A stretch of 64,000 bases of DNA from Octopus vulgaris. Its lineage: Eukaryota. Of the stretch, positions 13,395 to 26,243 are shown in pieces. The position numbers and the translations under genes are program-made. Below the pieces are notes generated by a model that saw only the letters and a program-made list of their open reading frames with translations, was not told the DNA's origin and did no database searches. The stretch is taken from contig OX597818.1 of the NCBI GenBank assembly GCA_951406725.2, positions 13,454,001 through 13,518,000 on the forward strand, given 5' to 3'. Each line of letters opens with the position of its first letter. The stretch's first letter is position 1.

Positions 13395-13708
13395 CAGATA
13401 CTCTCAAACTTTTCGAGTCACTGCCCCTCTCATGGCTACATAATGCTCTCAGCGTTCCACCCCTATTTTTATGTATAAATAAACATTTTGTATTTTCCTA
13501 ATTTATACCCACTGTGAGTCATTTGATATTTAATAAAATATATAGTTTCTATTCAATACTAATAATTTCATAGCGTCCCCCAGTCCACTGTCTTCCTCCC
13601 AACGCAGCCTTTTTTGTCTACTGCCTCCCCGCTTACTTAGGCACCAGCACACACCTGGACCCTCTCAACGCCCACCGGGAGCGGTAGCACCCATTCTGAG
13701 AACCGAGG
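13395..13708. mobile_element. hAT (Charlie-like) MITE, degraded
   Basis: Ends CAGATACTCTCAAACT / ATTCTGAGAACCGAGG resemble CAGTGGTTCTCAAACT TIRs. 8-bp flanks ATCTATTG / GTCTATTA match at 6/8 and resemble NTCTAGAN. Confidence 0.65.
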
Positions 13709-14439
13709 GTCTATTACAACAATCTACATTTTTTAACATTTAAACTGGGTAAAATGCAAACAATCAGATAAAGTCTGAGAATAGTTTCATCTGGAAAACC
13801 ACAAGTTGTACGTTTGGGTAAATAGTCCCGATGATGTGTTACCTTCTTATCAAATTTAACTTATTCCTGTGCTTCTAGAATTCCTCCACTCTCTTTTATA
13901 AAGCAATATCTTCTTAAATCCTAGCCAACTTTCCATACCGCTTTTGCGTTTTAGAACAGTGCTAAGTAAACTTTCCTTCAATTTCCGATATGCACTTTTC
14001 GATTTCTCCTTGTTCTCTATTATTTGATTCAACATATTGTCTAAATGTTGTTATACATAGGGACGACCGTGTTTTGATAATAAAACACAGGTATTTAGTA
14101 TTCACTTCAGCTTTACTATTATTATTTTAGTTTCTTTATGAAAGCTTTCGGCACACAGCCTGTGACATTTCAGCGACGCTCTATCTCCTTCTGCTTATTC
14201 CAGTTTCTCTTTGTGTTGTATATATCTTTGTCACACATGCATTTCAGTGTGTGTTTGTATGCGGGTGGATTTGCTTACTACACTGTTTGTACTTGTGTCT
14301 TTTATTTATATATCTACTAAAGTATTATTTATTTATTTGAAAGACTCATGCAAAACAAACGCATAAACCTTAATTTTTATATACACCCAAGACCATACTA
14401 GTAGCTTAGGAATGGAATTTAGGATTTCTCAGTTTTCTT

Positions 14440-14735
14440 TGAATCAATTTTGACAAAACGTCCCCACCAGCTGGTTTACTCACTATGGCAACACCATTCT
14501 TACGTTTTCATTATTCTGTGTAATATTTTCTTTCTTTATTTTGGATTCTTCAGTTTTTTTAGGTGAACGAAGCTAATAGCGTCTCTCATCTCTAAAAACG
14601 ATTGGATTTAGAAACGGCCTTAACGATGAGGAAAAGTCTGGCATCATCAAGGAAAGTGCTAAAGGCGCCTCTCTTCATGTCATTGTGAAGAAGTTAGGTT
14701 ATCATTTGGAAACAGACGATTCCTAAAGATCCTAT
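14440..14735 (+). mobile_element. 5' fragment of Tc1-like transposon (HTH)
   Basis: GFRNGLNDEEKSGIIKESAKGASLHVIVKKLGYHLET..RFLKDP, a Tc1-type N-terminal HTH. Confidence 0.7.
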
Positions 14736-14794
14736 ATCCCTTTCAAGATAATGTTTTCTTCGTTTGTTTTACTATATATATATATATATATATA

Positions 14795-15880
14795 AATGGA
14801 GGGTTTGACGTTTCGAGCGGAGCTCTTCATCGGAAACATAGGAGAAAGAAAGATCCCGAGACGGGAGGACAGAGGAAAAAACGTTGCAGGTAGTATTCAC
14901 GAGGTCACATACTAAAAAGACAGAAGTGGTAAAAATGGAGGAAAATGTTTTTTAAAAACAAGGGAGCGGAATCAAAGAAGGAATGGTAAAAAAAGGTGTG
15001 CGCGATGACAAGGGTGTGTGTGTGTGAGTGTGTGCGTGTGTGTGTGTGTGTATGGTGGACAATGGCTAGTAGCAGGTAGTAGTAGAATTAAGGAGTGGTG
15101 TCAGAAAGGCAGGTCAGAAACAGGGAGGTATGTGTGTGTGCGTGTATATGTATTTGTGTGTGTTTTGTTGTAATATGTGTGTGTGTACGTGTGCGTTTTT
15201 TTATTTGTATGGCGAGTAACTGTGCTTAACTTAGTGTATGTGTGCGCGTGTGCTTGTACGTGCGTGTGAGTGTATATATACGTATGTATGATTGTGTGCG
15301 TGTATGTATGGTTGTGTGCCGTATGGGATGTATGTGTGAGTTCATTTGTGTGTGTGTGCGTGTGTGTGTGTATGTATGTGCGTGTAGTTGTGTGTGCGTT
15401 TGTATGTGTGTGTAGGCGTAAATGGATGTATATGCGTGTATCCGTGGGGTTGTGAGTTTCTTTTTGCGCGTGTGCGTGCGTATGTGTGCGCATGTTTTGG
15501 TGTGCGTATGTATGTGTGTGTGTGTGCTTATATGTGTGTACGTATGTGTATGTGTGCGTGCGCGTGGAGGTATAATTTGTGTGTATGTATGTGTCGGTGT
15601 GTATGTGAATTAGTGTGTGTATGTACGTGTGTATGTGTGTGTGCGTGTATTGTATATATATGTAAATGTGTGTGTGTACGTGCGTGGGAGTGAACGTATG
15701 TATGTATGTGCGTGTGTGTACAAATGTAGGGGTTTATATGTGTGTTTATATGTTTATATGTGTGTATATATATGCATGCAAGGACACACTTCGCAACCGA
15801 AAGATTGATGGAAAAGACTATCGCGGTGCGGGCGCATGCGAATCTACAGGCACACACGCACACGCCCAGACGTACGCCGG

Positions 15881-15882
<2 letters not shown>
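14795..15882 (-). mobile_element. Penelope-like 3' terminal segment between (TA)n tracts, with long degenerate (TG)n
   Basis: 14797-14910 is the reverse complement of 35300-35413. Carries a hammerhead-like motif and is flanked on both sides by (TA)n. Confidence 0.65.
14803..14837 (-). ncRNA. Minimal hammerhead-like motif, CCGA core variant
   Basis: GTTT-CCGATGA-A-GAGC-TCC-GCTC-GAAA-CG-TC-AAAC: stem I GTTT/AAAC, stem II GAGC/GCTC, palindromic ACGT stem III. Confidence 0.7.
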
Positions 15883-15926
<44 letters not shown>

Positions 15927-16037
15927 ATATTGATAATAATAATAATAACAATAACAATATTACTACTACTACTACAACTACTACTAATGATAATAATAAT
16001 AATAATAATAATCATAATAATCATAATAATAATAATA

Positions 16038-16501
16038 GAAGATGGGCTTCAGCAAATATTCTGCTCAATATCACAGATTTGCTTGTCAGTTGTTTGACGT
16101 TAACCAGTTGAGCATGTCCCTTAGTGGCTGATGATATGTGCATCTCTGATCACGAGCAGAAGTAGTAGGGGAGCATCATAGCCATGTGTTGAGAGGAATT
16201 CTTTGGGGTTTGAATAATTCACCTCTGGAAACATGGGTGGTTCTTTCAACATCCTTAAACATCCCTTATTCAGGGACCTTTTGAGCGGGATGGCCTACTC
16301 AACCTGAAGAAATTTCTAACTGGGCCCTACCTGCAAGGTCATGTGCTGTTTATCTTGATATGAGATCACCATGTCGCGCACATATGGTTGTGATGCATGT
16401 GCCTGGTGTACCCTTATCAGATGGGTAGTCATGATGGGTATATTGGGCTTCGTATATTTTACCCCAGTGTCACTTTGATGGCATGAACTGCTCTCTCACT
16501 C
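16038..16501 (+). mobile_element. ~460-bp TAA-flanked retroposon (probable 3' UTR of an R4/Dong-type LINE or its SINE)
   Basis: Embedded in (TAA)n on both sides and ends CTCTCTCACTCAATAATAAT. Further copies at 40064-40414 and 12331-12563 have variable 5' ends. Confidence 0.8.
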
Positions 16502-16519
16502 AATAATAATAATAATATT

Positions 16520-18100
<1,581 letters not shown>

Positions 18101-18164
18101 ATTTACTATATATTCTCTATAACCAATTTATTTGTTCCATTCATATAAATATGCTAAGAAATAA

Positions 18165-18900
18165 TCTGACCATTGACCGACAACAAGTACGAGACCCAGT
18201 ACCAGGCAGATTCCACTGTGTGGATATATAGACATATGTGCAAAAAAAGTCCCCCAAATCCTACTCTACCAAGGTTCAGCGTACACCACAGATAAATCAT
18301 GGATAAACAAAGAAAGTACTTTTATGCAAAAGTACAAACCAAGACTTAACAAACTTTAACAAAGTACATACACAAATAGTTATTCACACGCAAAACTCAT
18401 TCTGCTACTGAACATGAGTAACCTATACAACTAGCAACCTAAACGTTAGCCACTGGACCACATACAAACGATTCCTGTCCACTATCCCACGAGACAGATT
18501 AAATTTGGACTGCTTTGATTATAACTAAACGTGTTCACCCAACCGTGTCGGCCTTCTTTTTAGGCGCAACATATATTGTCACGTGGTACTAATGCACGGA
18601 CATAGCGGGAAGCATGAAAAGGTTATAAACCTAATCATGTGTTCATTCTCTACAAACACTTGATACAAAACATTCAGAGTATTAATGGTTTCGAGATGTT
18701 CAGTCAAGTGTATCAGCCTTAACTTATGGCACCAAACATCGTCACTTCATACTAACTCACAGACGTCACAGAGTACCCACAAAAATTTTGTAACACTGGC
18801 CATGTAGCAATTATCTAAAAATCTAATTCTATTCATAACATATACTAATTTGCGCCATGAACCCCCTATAAAAATAGGGTAAGCTTCAAACACTAGTCAG
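18165..18900 (+). mobile_element. Penelope-like GIY-YIG C-terminus and 3' UTR
   Basis: RQQVRDPSTRQIPLCGYIDICAKK...INKESTFMQKYKPRLN (frameshift read-through), homologous to HPQQINDTSLRNVPCCKHLD at 4270-4330. Confidence 0.75.
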
Positions 18901-19552
18901 AAGCAAGACAGGTGCATCATAAGCCACGTCTTTCTATTTCAGCTGTTTGACCTACACTGGATGATTCATCAGCTTCAATTCCCACCATCCATACAGTTTA
19001 ATTTCAAGAAGGGAAATGAATTAAAGGTGAAGGTAAATATGAACTACAAAAGCAAATAACTGATATATTGTATCGCATTTCCACAATGCAACGAACATTA
19101 TATTGGGGAAATAAAAATGAAATTAACCAACCGTGTAAATATGCATAGACATCAAATAAAACATCCCACACTTAGATGCATACCTTGTAGCGATCATTTG
19201 GACACCTGTGCACATGGAAAATTTACAATTTTCCTTCTTCATAAAATCAATGAAGAGAACGACCTTTTGTAGAAAGAAAAAGAAGAATATTTCATAAGAG
19301 TTCTGAGTCAGAGACTAAACCAGAAATAGTCAACAATTTTACTGAGAATAACATTCACTGTATATAATAACACATGCATGAAAACGTTAAGAACTGAAAG
19401 CGCTTCCACATTTATAAAAGCAAAGCCTACACACATATTGTTAATGTCTTCCCAAAGGTTAATGTCTTTCGACTTTCTAAAAAGGTTCTTTTTCTCAATC
19501 TTTGAGAAAAATCTTCTCTCCAAATATTATACTGTATCAAGGAATTTCCAAA

Positions 19553-19571
19553 ATTCTCTCTCTCTTTCTCC

Positions 19572-19640
<69 letters not shown>

Positions 19641-19759
19641 CATGCATAAATATATATATATATATATCTACATGTATATATATTTACACACATATATATG
19701 GAGATAGATAGATAATATACGTATATATATTCATATATATAGCATATATGCGCGTGTAT

Positions 19760-19816
<57 letters not shown>

Positions 19817-19825
19817 CATATATAT
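19553..19825. repeat. (TC)n(TA)n(CA)n microsatellites
   Basis: Directly visible. Confidence 0.95.
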
Positions 19826-20660
19826 TGCTTTTATATATAATTTTGTATATATAGTTGTAACGTTTTCGTTTGATCTTTTCTGATAATCGGAAGATAGATC
19901 GATATATTCATTATTTATACTGAAATTCAGAGTACGCATGACCTTTTTATAATTTTTCGAAATGCTGCATATAATATTTGTATTCTTTGCTTAAAATATT
20001 TAGCTTTTTTATGTATGTTCCCAGGTGCTAATTAGGTTTGTGTTCCATTAATAACATTGTATATGATTTCTAGATCACAAATTAGAAAATGCTTGCAATA
20101 CGTAGAAATCTTACGGAAAGAAATGCATGGAACGACGATAATAATTGAATATAATACCTAAAACCTTTTGCATGGAAAAGTCAGGATTTTCTTTATTTAA
20201 ATCTTACTTTTCGTTTGAAATTTATTGTTCTGCTCAAGTAAGTGAAACGAGTTTATTGCTTTTGCGAAATGAGTATTTAGACGGAGCTGTTGATTCCTAT
20301 AGGCTCTGTTAAAGTTTTCAGTGTCAAGTAGCTAGAGTATTGCCAGTGTCAACTAAATTGTTCCCAGTGACAAGTATTCAATGAAATAACATGTAGAATT
20401 TTAAAAGGTGTGTGTATTGGATACACTATCCAAGCTGATGTTAATCTGAGGTCAGCTTATGAGGTCAATCACTTCCCTGTGTATCATACACTTGCTACAA
20501 ACAAATAAATCAACGCAGTTCGTTTCGATCCATGCTTATGCTGGGTTGCATACGCAACTGCACATAGTCTGTGCAGCAGAAAGACGTGACCAGAAGTAAA
20601 AATTAAAAGAAACGTTTAAAGAAATATCAGTCATCGTATTCTTTATCAATGTTTAACATT

Positions 20661-20845
20661 TTTTACTTATTTCAGTCATTTGACTGTAGCCATGATGGAG
20701 CACAGTCTTTAGTCGAACATATCGATCCCCAGACTTATTCTTTGTAAACCAAGTACTTATTCTATCGGTCTCTTTTGTTGAAAACATCGGTTGTGAAGCG
20801 ATGGTGGGGTGGGGGAAAATACTGACACACAAATACATACACATA
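20661..20845 (-). mobile_element. Octopus tRNA-derived SINE (family 1), 3' part
   Basis: TTTCAGTCATTTGACTGTAGCCATGATGGAGCAC..TTAGTCGAACA..GTACTTATTCTATCGGTCTCTTTTG. Related degraded copies at 23494-23670 and 56758-56995. Confidence 0.75.
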
Positions 20846-20853
20846 TATGTATA

Positions 20854-20889
20854 AGTGCAGGAGTGGCTGTGTGGTAAGAAACTTGCTTC
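20854..20889 (+). mobile_element. tRNA-like SINE head truncated at the adjacent LINE
   Basis: GCAGGAGTGGCTGTGTGGTAAGAAACTTGCTTC contains an A-box-like TGGCNNNNTGG. Confidence 0.6.
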
Positions 20890-22311
20890 TGGTTTATTGA
20901 TTGTTCAAACGGCTGACTTTGTGTCAAATGCGTGTTTTTGGCTGTCTTGCAGCGGTGGTGTACAACGACTTCACTCTTGTTTAATGGGGGAGCGTCGTGT
21001 TATGAATTATGCAGATTTAAGTTTTTTCACATTTTGTTTCATCTTACGAGGATATGGTGAAGTGTTTAAAAGGAACTGGCGAGGAAGTGGAAGCAGGAAA
21101 TTATGTAGGCGTGGCAAAAGGAAAGGGTGAAGACGTGAGTCTGGAAGAGTTGAACAAATTCAGAAAAATACTTGGGTGGGGCAGGGGGACGAGGTGAAGG
21201 TGTTTCCCTCGCCCAAAAGATGTTTTGAAGGAGAGGAGCGAGAAGACGATAGTTTGCAGGACGTGCGCGGTGGAAACTAGGAGGCTTGAATTGGTGCCAT
21301 CAGCCCAGTTTGAAGAGGCGCTGAGGCAGGTCTGGCAAGGGATTTCCTGCCTTGCCGGGGAAAGGCGGTATGGAATGGTGGAGGTACAGTTTCGGGAGGT
21401 AGCTACCGCTAGGCTGCACTATCAACACCGTTAAAAACAGACGAAATCGTGCATCTACCAGTATACATTGGGAGACGTGCTTCCAGGGTGAGGGTGGAAG
21501 ACATACCCCCAGAAGTGGATGTAGCCTGGCTGATAGCTGCCATACTGCTAGGCATGGAGGAGAAGGTAGTGGTTCTGCAGGGCACCAGGACAATTCACAT
21601 GAAGTGGCAAGAGCAGAGCCTAGACATGATAGTACAGGTCGCCCAGGAAAACATCGAAAACATCATGGAAACCATCACGGCCAGAGAAGTAAGAGAATCA
21701 GAGTGGAAGGTAGGATTCCTCGATACTGAAAGTCCACAATGGAGCGGACTGTCCTCGACCACCAATGAAGGCCAAAGAGAAGCACGAGAAAGAAAGGGAA
21801 ATTGGTCCTCCACCAACCGTGGTGGCTGAAGAGAAACACGAGAGTGAGAAGGAGAATGAAACTGCACCAATGGCAAAAACGCGTACCAGTATCGGAGGAG
21901 AGGAGGTGAATAACGGATTGGAAACGGCGGAAAAACGAGAAGAGAGGTAAAGGAACACACGTAGTAAGTGACGACCCCATGCCACACCCACAGCCACTCT
22001 ACCCAGACATTCCCTAAAGTCATCAGCCCCCCCCCCATGCTCCACCTGACATGAAGAAAAACACATGTACAGAGGAGACCCCAAATTTCCTCATCCTCAT
22101 CCTTGGAAAAACATGTTATATGGTACAATGGAGAAAATGAAGAACTGCATACCGAAAGAGACTCGTGGGTCAGTGTTATAAAAGTGGATATATCAGGAGT
22201 GTTGGGGGTGCCCAAACACATTCGTTGTGTAGTGACAGACAGATCCAGAATATATGTCGAGATTGAAGAACTATGAAGAAATTGTGTCAAGAAATTGCAC
22301 ACCAGCTCAAT
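20890..22311 (+). mobile_element. 5' UTR + decayed ORF1 of an L1/Tx1-like LINE
   Basis: GC-richer purine strand; LKERSEKTIV..YGMVEVQF..STPLKTDEIVHLPVYIGRRASRVRVEDIPPEVDVAWLIAA, then an E/K-rich tail. Homologous to 42130-42280(-) (STSNLKIEDLFLAPIYMGRRVVKMK..EINICWLVVA), which is followed by an APE domain. Confidence 0.65.
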
Positions 22312-22496
22312 ACCTGAACAAGTAAGTTTTTATGACATTTTAAGCAAACATAGTGTAAACATTCTTTGAAGGGTTGGCAATTAGCTGTCGCAAATGATGG
22401 TTAAATACCATCATTTGCGACAGCTAATTGCCAACCCTTCAAAGAATGTTTACACTATGTTTGTTTAAAATGTCATAAAAACTTACTTGTTCAGGT
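22312..22496. repeat. Near-perfect palindrome: 90-bp arms, 5-nt loop
   Basis: Arms 22312-22401 and 22407-22496 are reverse complements except for one G.T position; loop TAAAT. Confidence 0.97.
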
Positions 22497-22664
22497 TGTA
22501 TTTACAGTTTTATTAACATGTTCAATGAAGTCACTCGGAGGTGTGTGGTCAAACGGCTTCATTTAATTTTCCAGTATATTTAATTCATACTTCCCATTCG
22601 TGTTGCTTTTTGTCTCCACCTTGTGCCGTCCCCTCTATGTAAGGCTTCCATAGTAAATATCATA

Positions 22665-22760
22665 AAACACCGTTAAAAACAGACAAAGTGGTGCTTCTAT
22701 TCCTATACCTTAGGAGACGTGCTTCCAGAGTTAGGATAGAAGACATACCACCAAAGGGAT
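22665..22760 (+). mobile_element. Second ORF1 fragment, paralogous to 21425-21518
   Basis: AACACCGTTAAAAACAGAC..GGAGACGTGCTTCCAG..GAAGACATACC.CCA shared with 21425-21518. Confidence 0.85.
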
Positions 22761-23493
22761 TTGTGTAAATTTCCATTAAAAGATACACATTTTCCTGAAA
22801 GTTATGAGAGGAAATGTCAGATCGTGCGAATTTTCCAAAATTTCTCTCTCCACTGCCTCTGAAAGATTCTTTCTCGTAAATCCCTATATAATCTGAAGCA
22901 ACATCAAAGCAGTATTTGTAGAAAAGTAATCTGAAGTAGTACATTTTTATTTATACGATTTTTTCATTTCATGTTTATTTCACTCATTGTTTGCAATGTT
23001 CTCTCTTACCCCCTCTCTCTCTCACACACACTGTATAGCTTACAGAAGGACTGCTGTATTGAAACATTTATGTTGCTTTGAGGGGAAGGTAAAACATGAC
23101 AAACTGCTTCTCACACTGTTGTTGGACTACCGTTATGTTTGTTCAAAAGCGAGAGATTGACTGTGATAAAACAATGAAAGCAATACTTACTAAGCAACTG
23201 AAAACTATTATACAAAGAAATAATTAGACGTAAAATATAAAAAATTATTAGATTTGGGAATCAAATGTGAAACTATCATCAAAGGGATAGCAGAAAACCG
23301 CCCGGAGAGCGGTCTTTCTGCTGGAAAATAATCATGTGCTCCTAAAACTCTTTTATTTATATTTGAACAATATTTTACATTGAAATATCTTTGTTACCCA
23401 TTTTGTTCCATATTTAGAAGGTAATTTCTTTGTAGCCCTGTTACCATAACGTTTATAATAGTAGATACAATTTCGTTGACTTATTTTTCATTA

Positions 23494-23669
23494 CTTTTAC
23501 ATGCTTCAGTCATTAGCATGCAGCCATGCTGGTGTACCGGGTTGGAGAATTTTAGTCGAACGAATCTAGTACTTACTCTAGCCGTCACTTTTGACGCAAA
23601 ACTAAGTTACGGGAACCAGCACCACTTGTCAAGTGTGGGTGGGGAAGACATGCTCACAAAAAGAGACAC

Positions 23670-23670
<1 letters not shown>
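23494..23670 (-). mobile_element. SINE family 1 fragment
   Basis: TTCAGTCATT..GCAGCCATGCTGG..TTTAGTCGAAC..CTAAGTTACGGG, followed by (TA)n. Confidence 0.65.
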
Positions 23671-23730
<60 letters not shown>

Positions 23731-24530
23731 AGTGTATATATGTATATTTATATGAATATATATATATGTATATATATATATGTATATATATATATATACA
23801 CCATGCGTGCACCTATTATACAATTTGCAGCCTATAATTCGGATTTTCCGTCTATAATTCCAAACAAATAATTTAAAACAATTGTTTATTTTTAAGTCCC
23901 TGTCAGACAAATATTAGCGAATGAGTATTCAATGAAAGGTTTTTATTCGTTCATTTCTATTTCATATTTAAAAAAGTTCTTTTCATGATATATTCTCTGA
24001 CATTTCAAATATTTGTTTACTTCTTTACTTGTCAATATTAGACCTTTCTATTCATTGAAAAACAACAAAGCTCATATAGATTTGTCACCCAACCTTTTAC
24101 CAATAACTTTAAATGTGTCTAATATTAATTTTCAACTCAATTTGCTCTTGTTAGTATTCAAAAATATTTTTCTTTGTGACCTTGAGATATATATTGGTCA
24201 GCCAGTTAAAAATCTAGCAAGACCAGGAGTTATATTGTGAGTTTTATATAAAATTTATGTAGAAGAACAGTTTACTACAACCATAAGTAAATTTAAGTAA
24301 ATTTAAGTCTTGAGGAATGTGATATTGAGAACAGTTGGTAATTTATAAAAGCTACCAGCCCAGTTCTGATCAGCTATTTATCTTAGCGTAAAGCCGGTGC
24401 ATCACCAAGATTTCCTTCATTTCTCTCCGTGTTGAGTGTGAAAGCCTGTATGTGTTTTGCGTTGTTGCTGAATGTAAGTATTAATGTGTGTTTCTGGAAG
24501 GAAGACGCATTTTAAGAGAGAGAGAGAGAG

Positions 24531-24564
<34 letters not shown>

Positions 24565-24639
24565 TGTACGTATATACGTGTGTTTAATACACACTCTTGT
24601 TTCTGTAATTCATTAAAACAAAAGCAGTCGCTGAACAAT

Positions 24640-24960
24640 TATATTATTTTTCAACATAGTCTCCTTGCTTTTGGATGCACTGCTTCCAGAGGTCCACAAG
24701 CATCGGAAAAGATTTCGACTTGACGCACAACCATTTATACACCATTACGTGCACATTTTTGTGCATAGACATTTGACAACCTCGTAAATGATGCTTGAGC
24801 GTTACAAACAGATGATAATCGGGAGGGTAAGGCCTGAAATGCATGCAATTTTTCAATGGTTTCACTGCGTATTCCGCCGTATGTTGGTGTGTATAATCGT
24901 GCAACATTAACTCTAGATTTTACAATAGATCTCAGCATTTGGCCCGAATTGCTGGGTTCA
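24640..24960 (-). mobile_element. mariner transposase C-terminal fragment
   Basis: LHDYTHQHTA..RPYPPDYHLFVTLKHHLRG..KWL..LVDLWKQCIQKQGDYVEK* (mariner LHDNARPH..YSPDLAPSDYHLF..GDYVEK). Confidence 0.88.
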
Positions 24961-24993
24961 GTTTGTTGTCAACAACTTCAGTATAGTCTACAC

Positions 24994-25207
24994 TAGTGGT
25001 TCGCAATACTTTCACAGTGGTTCACGACAGTGATTCCCAACCCCTTTATTTAAATTAGATTTTCCACGGACCACTTTTACCATGCCTATCTCTATGTATG
25101 TATATATATACATGCATATATATGACATTTCGAATTTAGTTCACGGAACGCCAGTTCTACCTACATGGACCACCAGAGTTCCACGGCCCCCAGGTTGGGA
25201 AACAATG
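24994..25207. mobile_element. hAT (Charlie-like) MITE with perfect 8-bp TSD
   Basis: TSD GTCTACAC at 24986-24993 and 25208-25215. Ends TAGTGGTTCGCAA / TTGGGAAACAATG, plus an internal TIR copy CAGTGATTCCCAACC at 25028. Confidence 0.85.
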
Positions 25208-26046
25208 GTCTACACTATTGACAGTAGACCCATGTTCCATGTAATGTTACAGTATAGGCCCTCTTTGCATCCCCCAAAACAGTACATGTCACTCTTTGTT
25301 CGGTGCGAAATTTCTTTTTCGGTGGTAAATCTGTTTTTTTCATTTGTATAGACTGTGATTTTTAAACTATGTCAATGCGATAATGTTCACGAGTAGTGTA
25401 CATGTCGTGTCGATTTACCTTAGGTAAACCTCCCCATTATCTCACTATGGTCATATGTTGGTCAATATTCCTTCGCTTTATAGTTAATATAAAATAAACA
25501 GACAAACTGGATTTATTATTTCAGCCCCATCATATGACCCCATTGACTTGTCGAATAATTTAACACATTTCAATTGTAACCAAAAATAGAGGACGGATTC
25601 GTCGAATAATAGAAACTAATTGCCAGCAATCACGATGGAATTAATGCGGAGATAGATGAATATAGTTCATAGCTGACTGGGCATTAGATCCCGGAGAAGG
25701 AGTTATTGTGAAATTGATTGGTAAAACTCAAATGTTCTGAATTTTATGAACCCACACCCATGATTGTTCATGTTTCACTTAATTCATCCTCTGAGGACTG
25801 AATTTGCTTAAATTTAGGATAATTCTATCTAATATCGATTTACTAATAACTGTCTCGCTATTACTAGGATTCATTTATCTGCAGATATGATTACTAATGA
25901 AATTACCTTTGCTATTTTTCAAAGAGAAAACTGTTCCTGTGAATCATCTAGCTCTCTCGTCGATGCTCAATTTTCTGTTTAGATATTTTCTTATCGCATT
26001 TATATCGTACATATATCATGGGCAATTAAATCATGTTTTTATAATA

Positions 26047-26243
26047 TTGGTTTCAGATTTTAGTACAAGACTGGTCATCAGGGGGAGGATTAAGTCGATT
26101 ATATCGATTTAGTACTTGACTGGTACTTTATTTTATCGACCCCGAAATGAAAGAGGAAGTCGACCGAGGCGAAATTTGAAAGATGGATGAATTGCTGTTA
26201 AGCATTCTGTTGGCGTATTAACGGTTCTGCTAGCTCGGCGCCG
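26047..26243 (-). mobile_element. tRNA-derived SINE family 2
   Basis: Reverse complement of the 42613-42846 type (GGCG..GAGCTAGCAGAACCGTTA..CTTTCAT..TTCGGGGTCGATAAAATAAAGTACCAGT). Confidence 0.85.

Noticed and set aside
21595-22302. 235-aa minus-strand ORF
   Set aside because: Antisense shadow of the purine-rich LINE ORF1 remnant.
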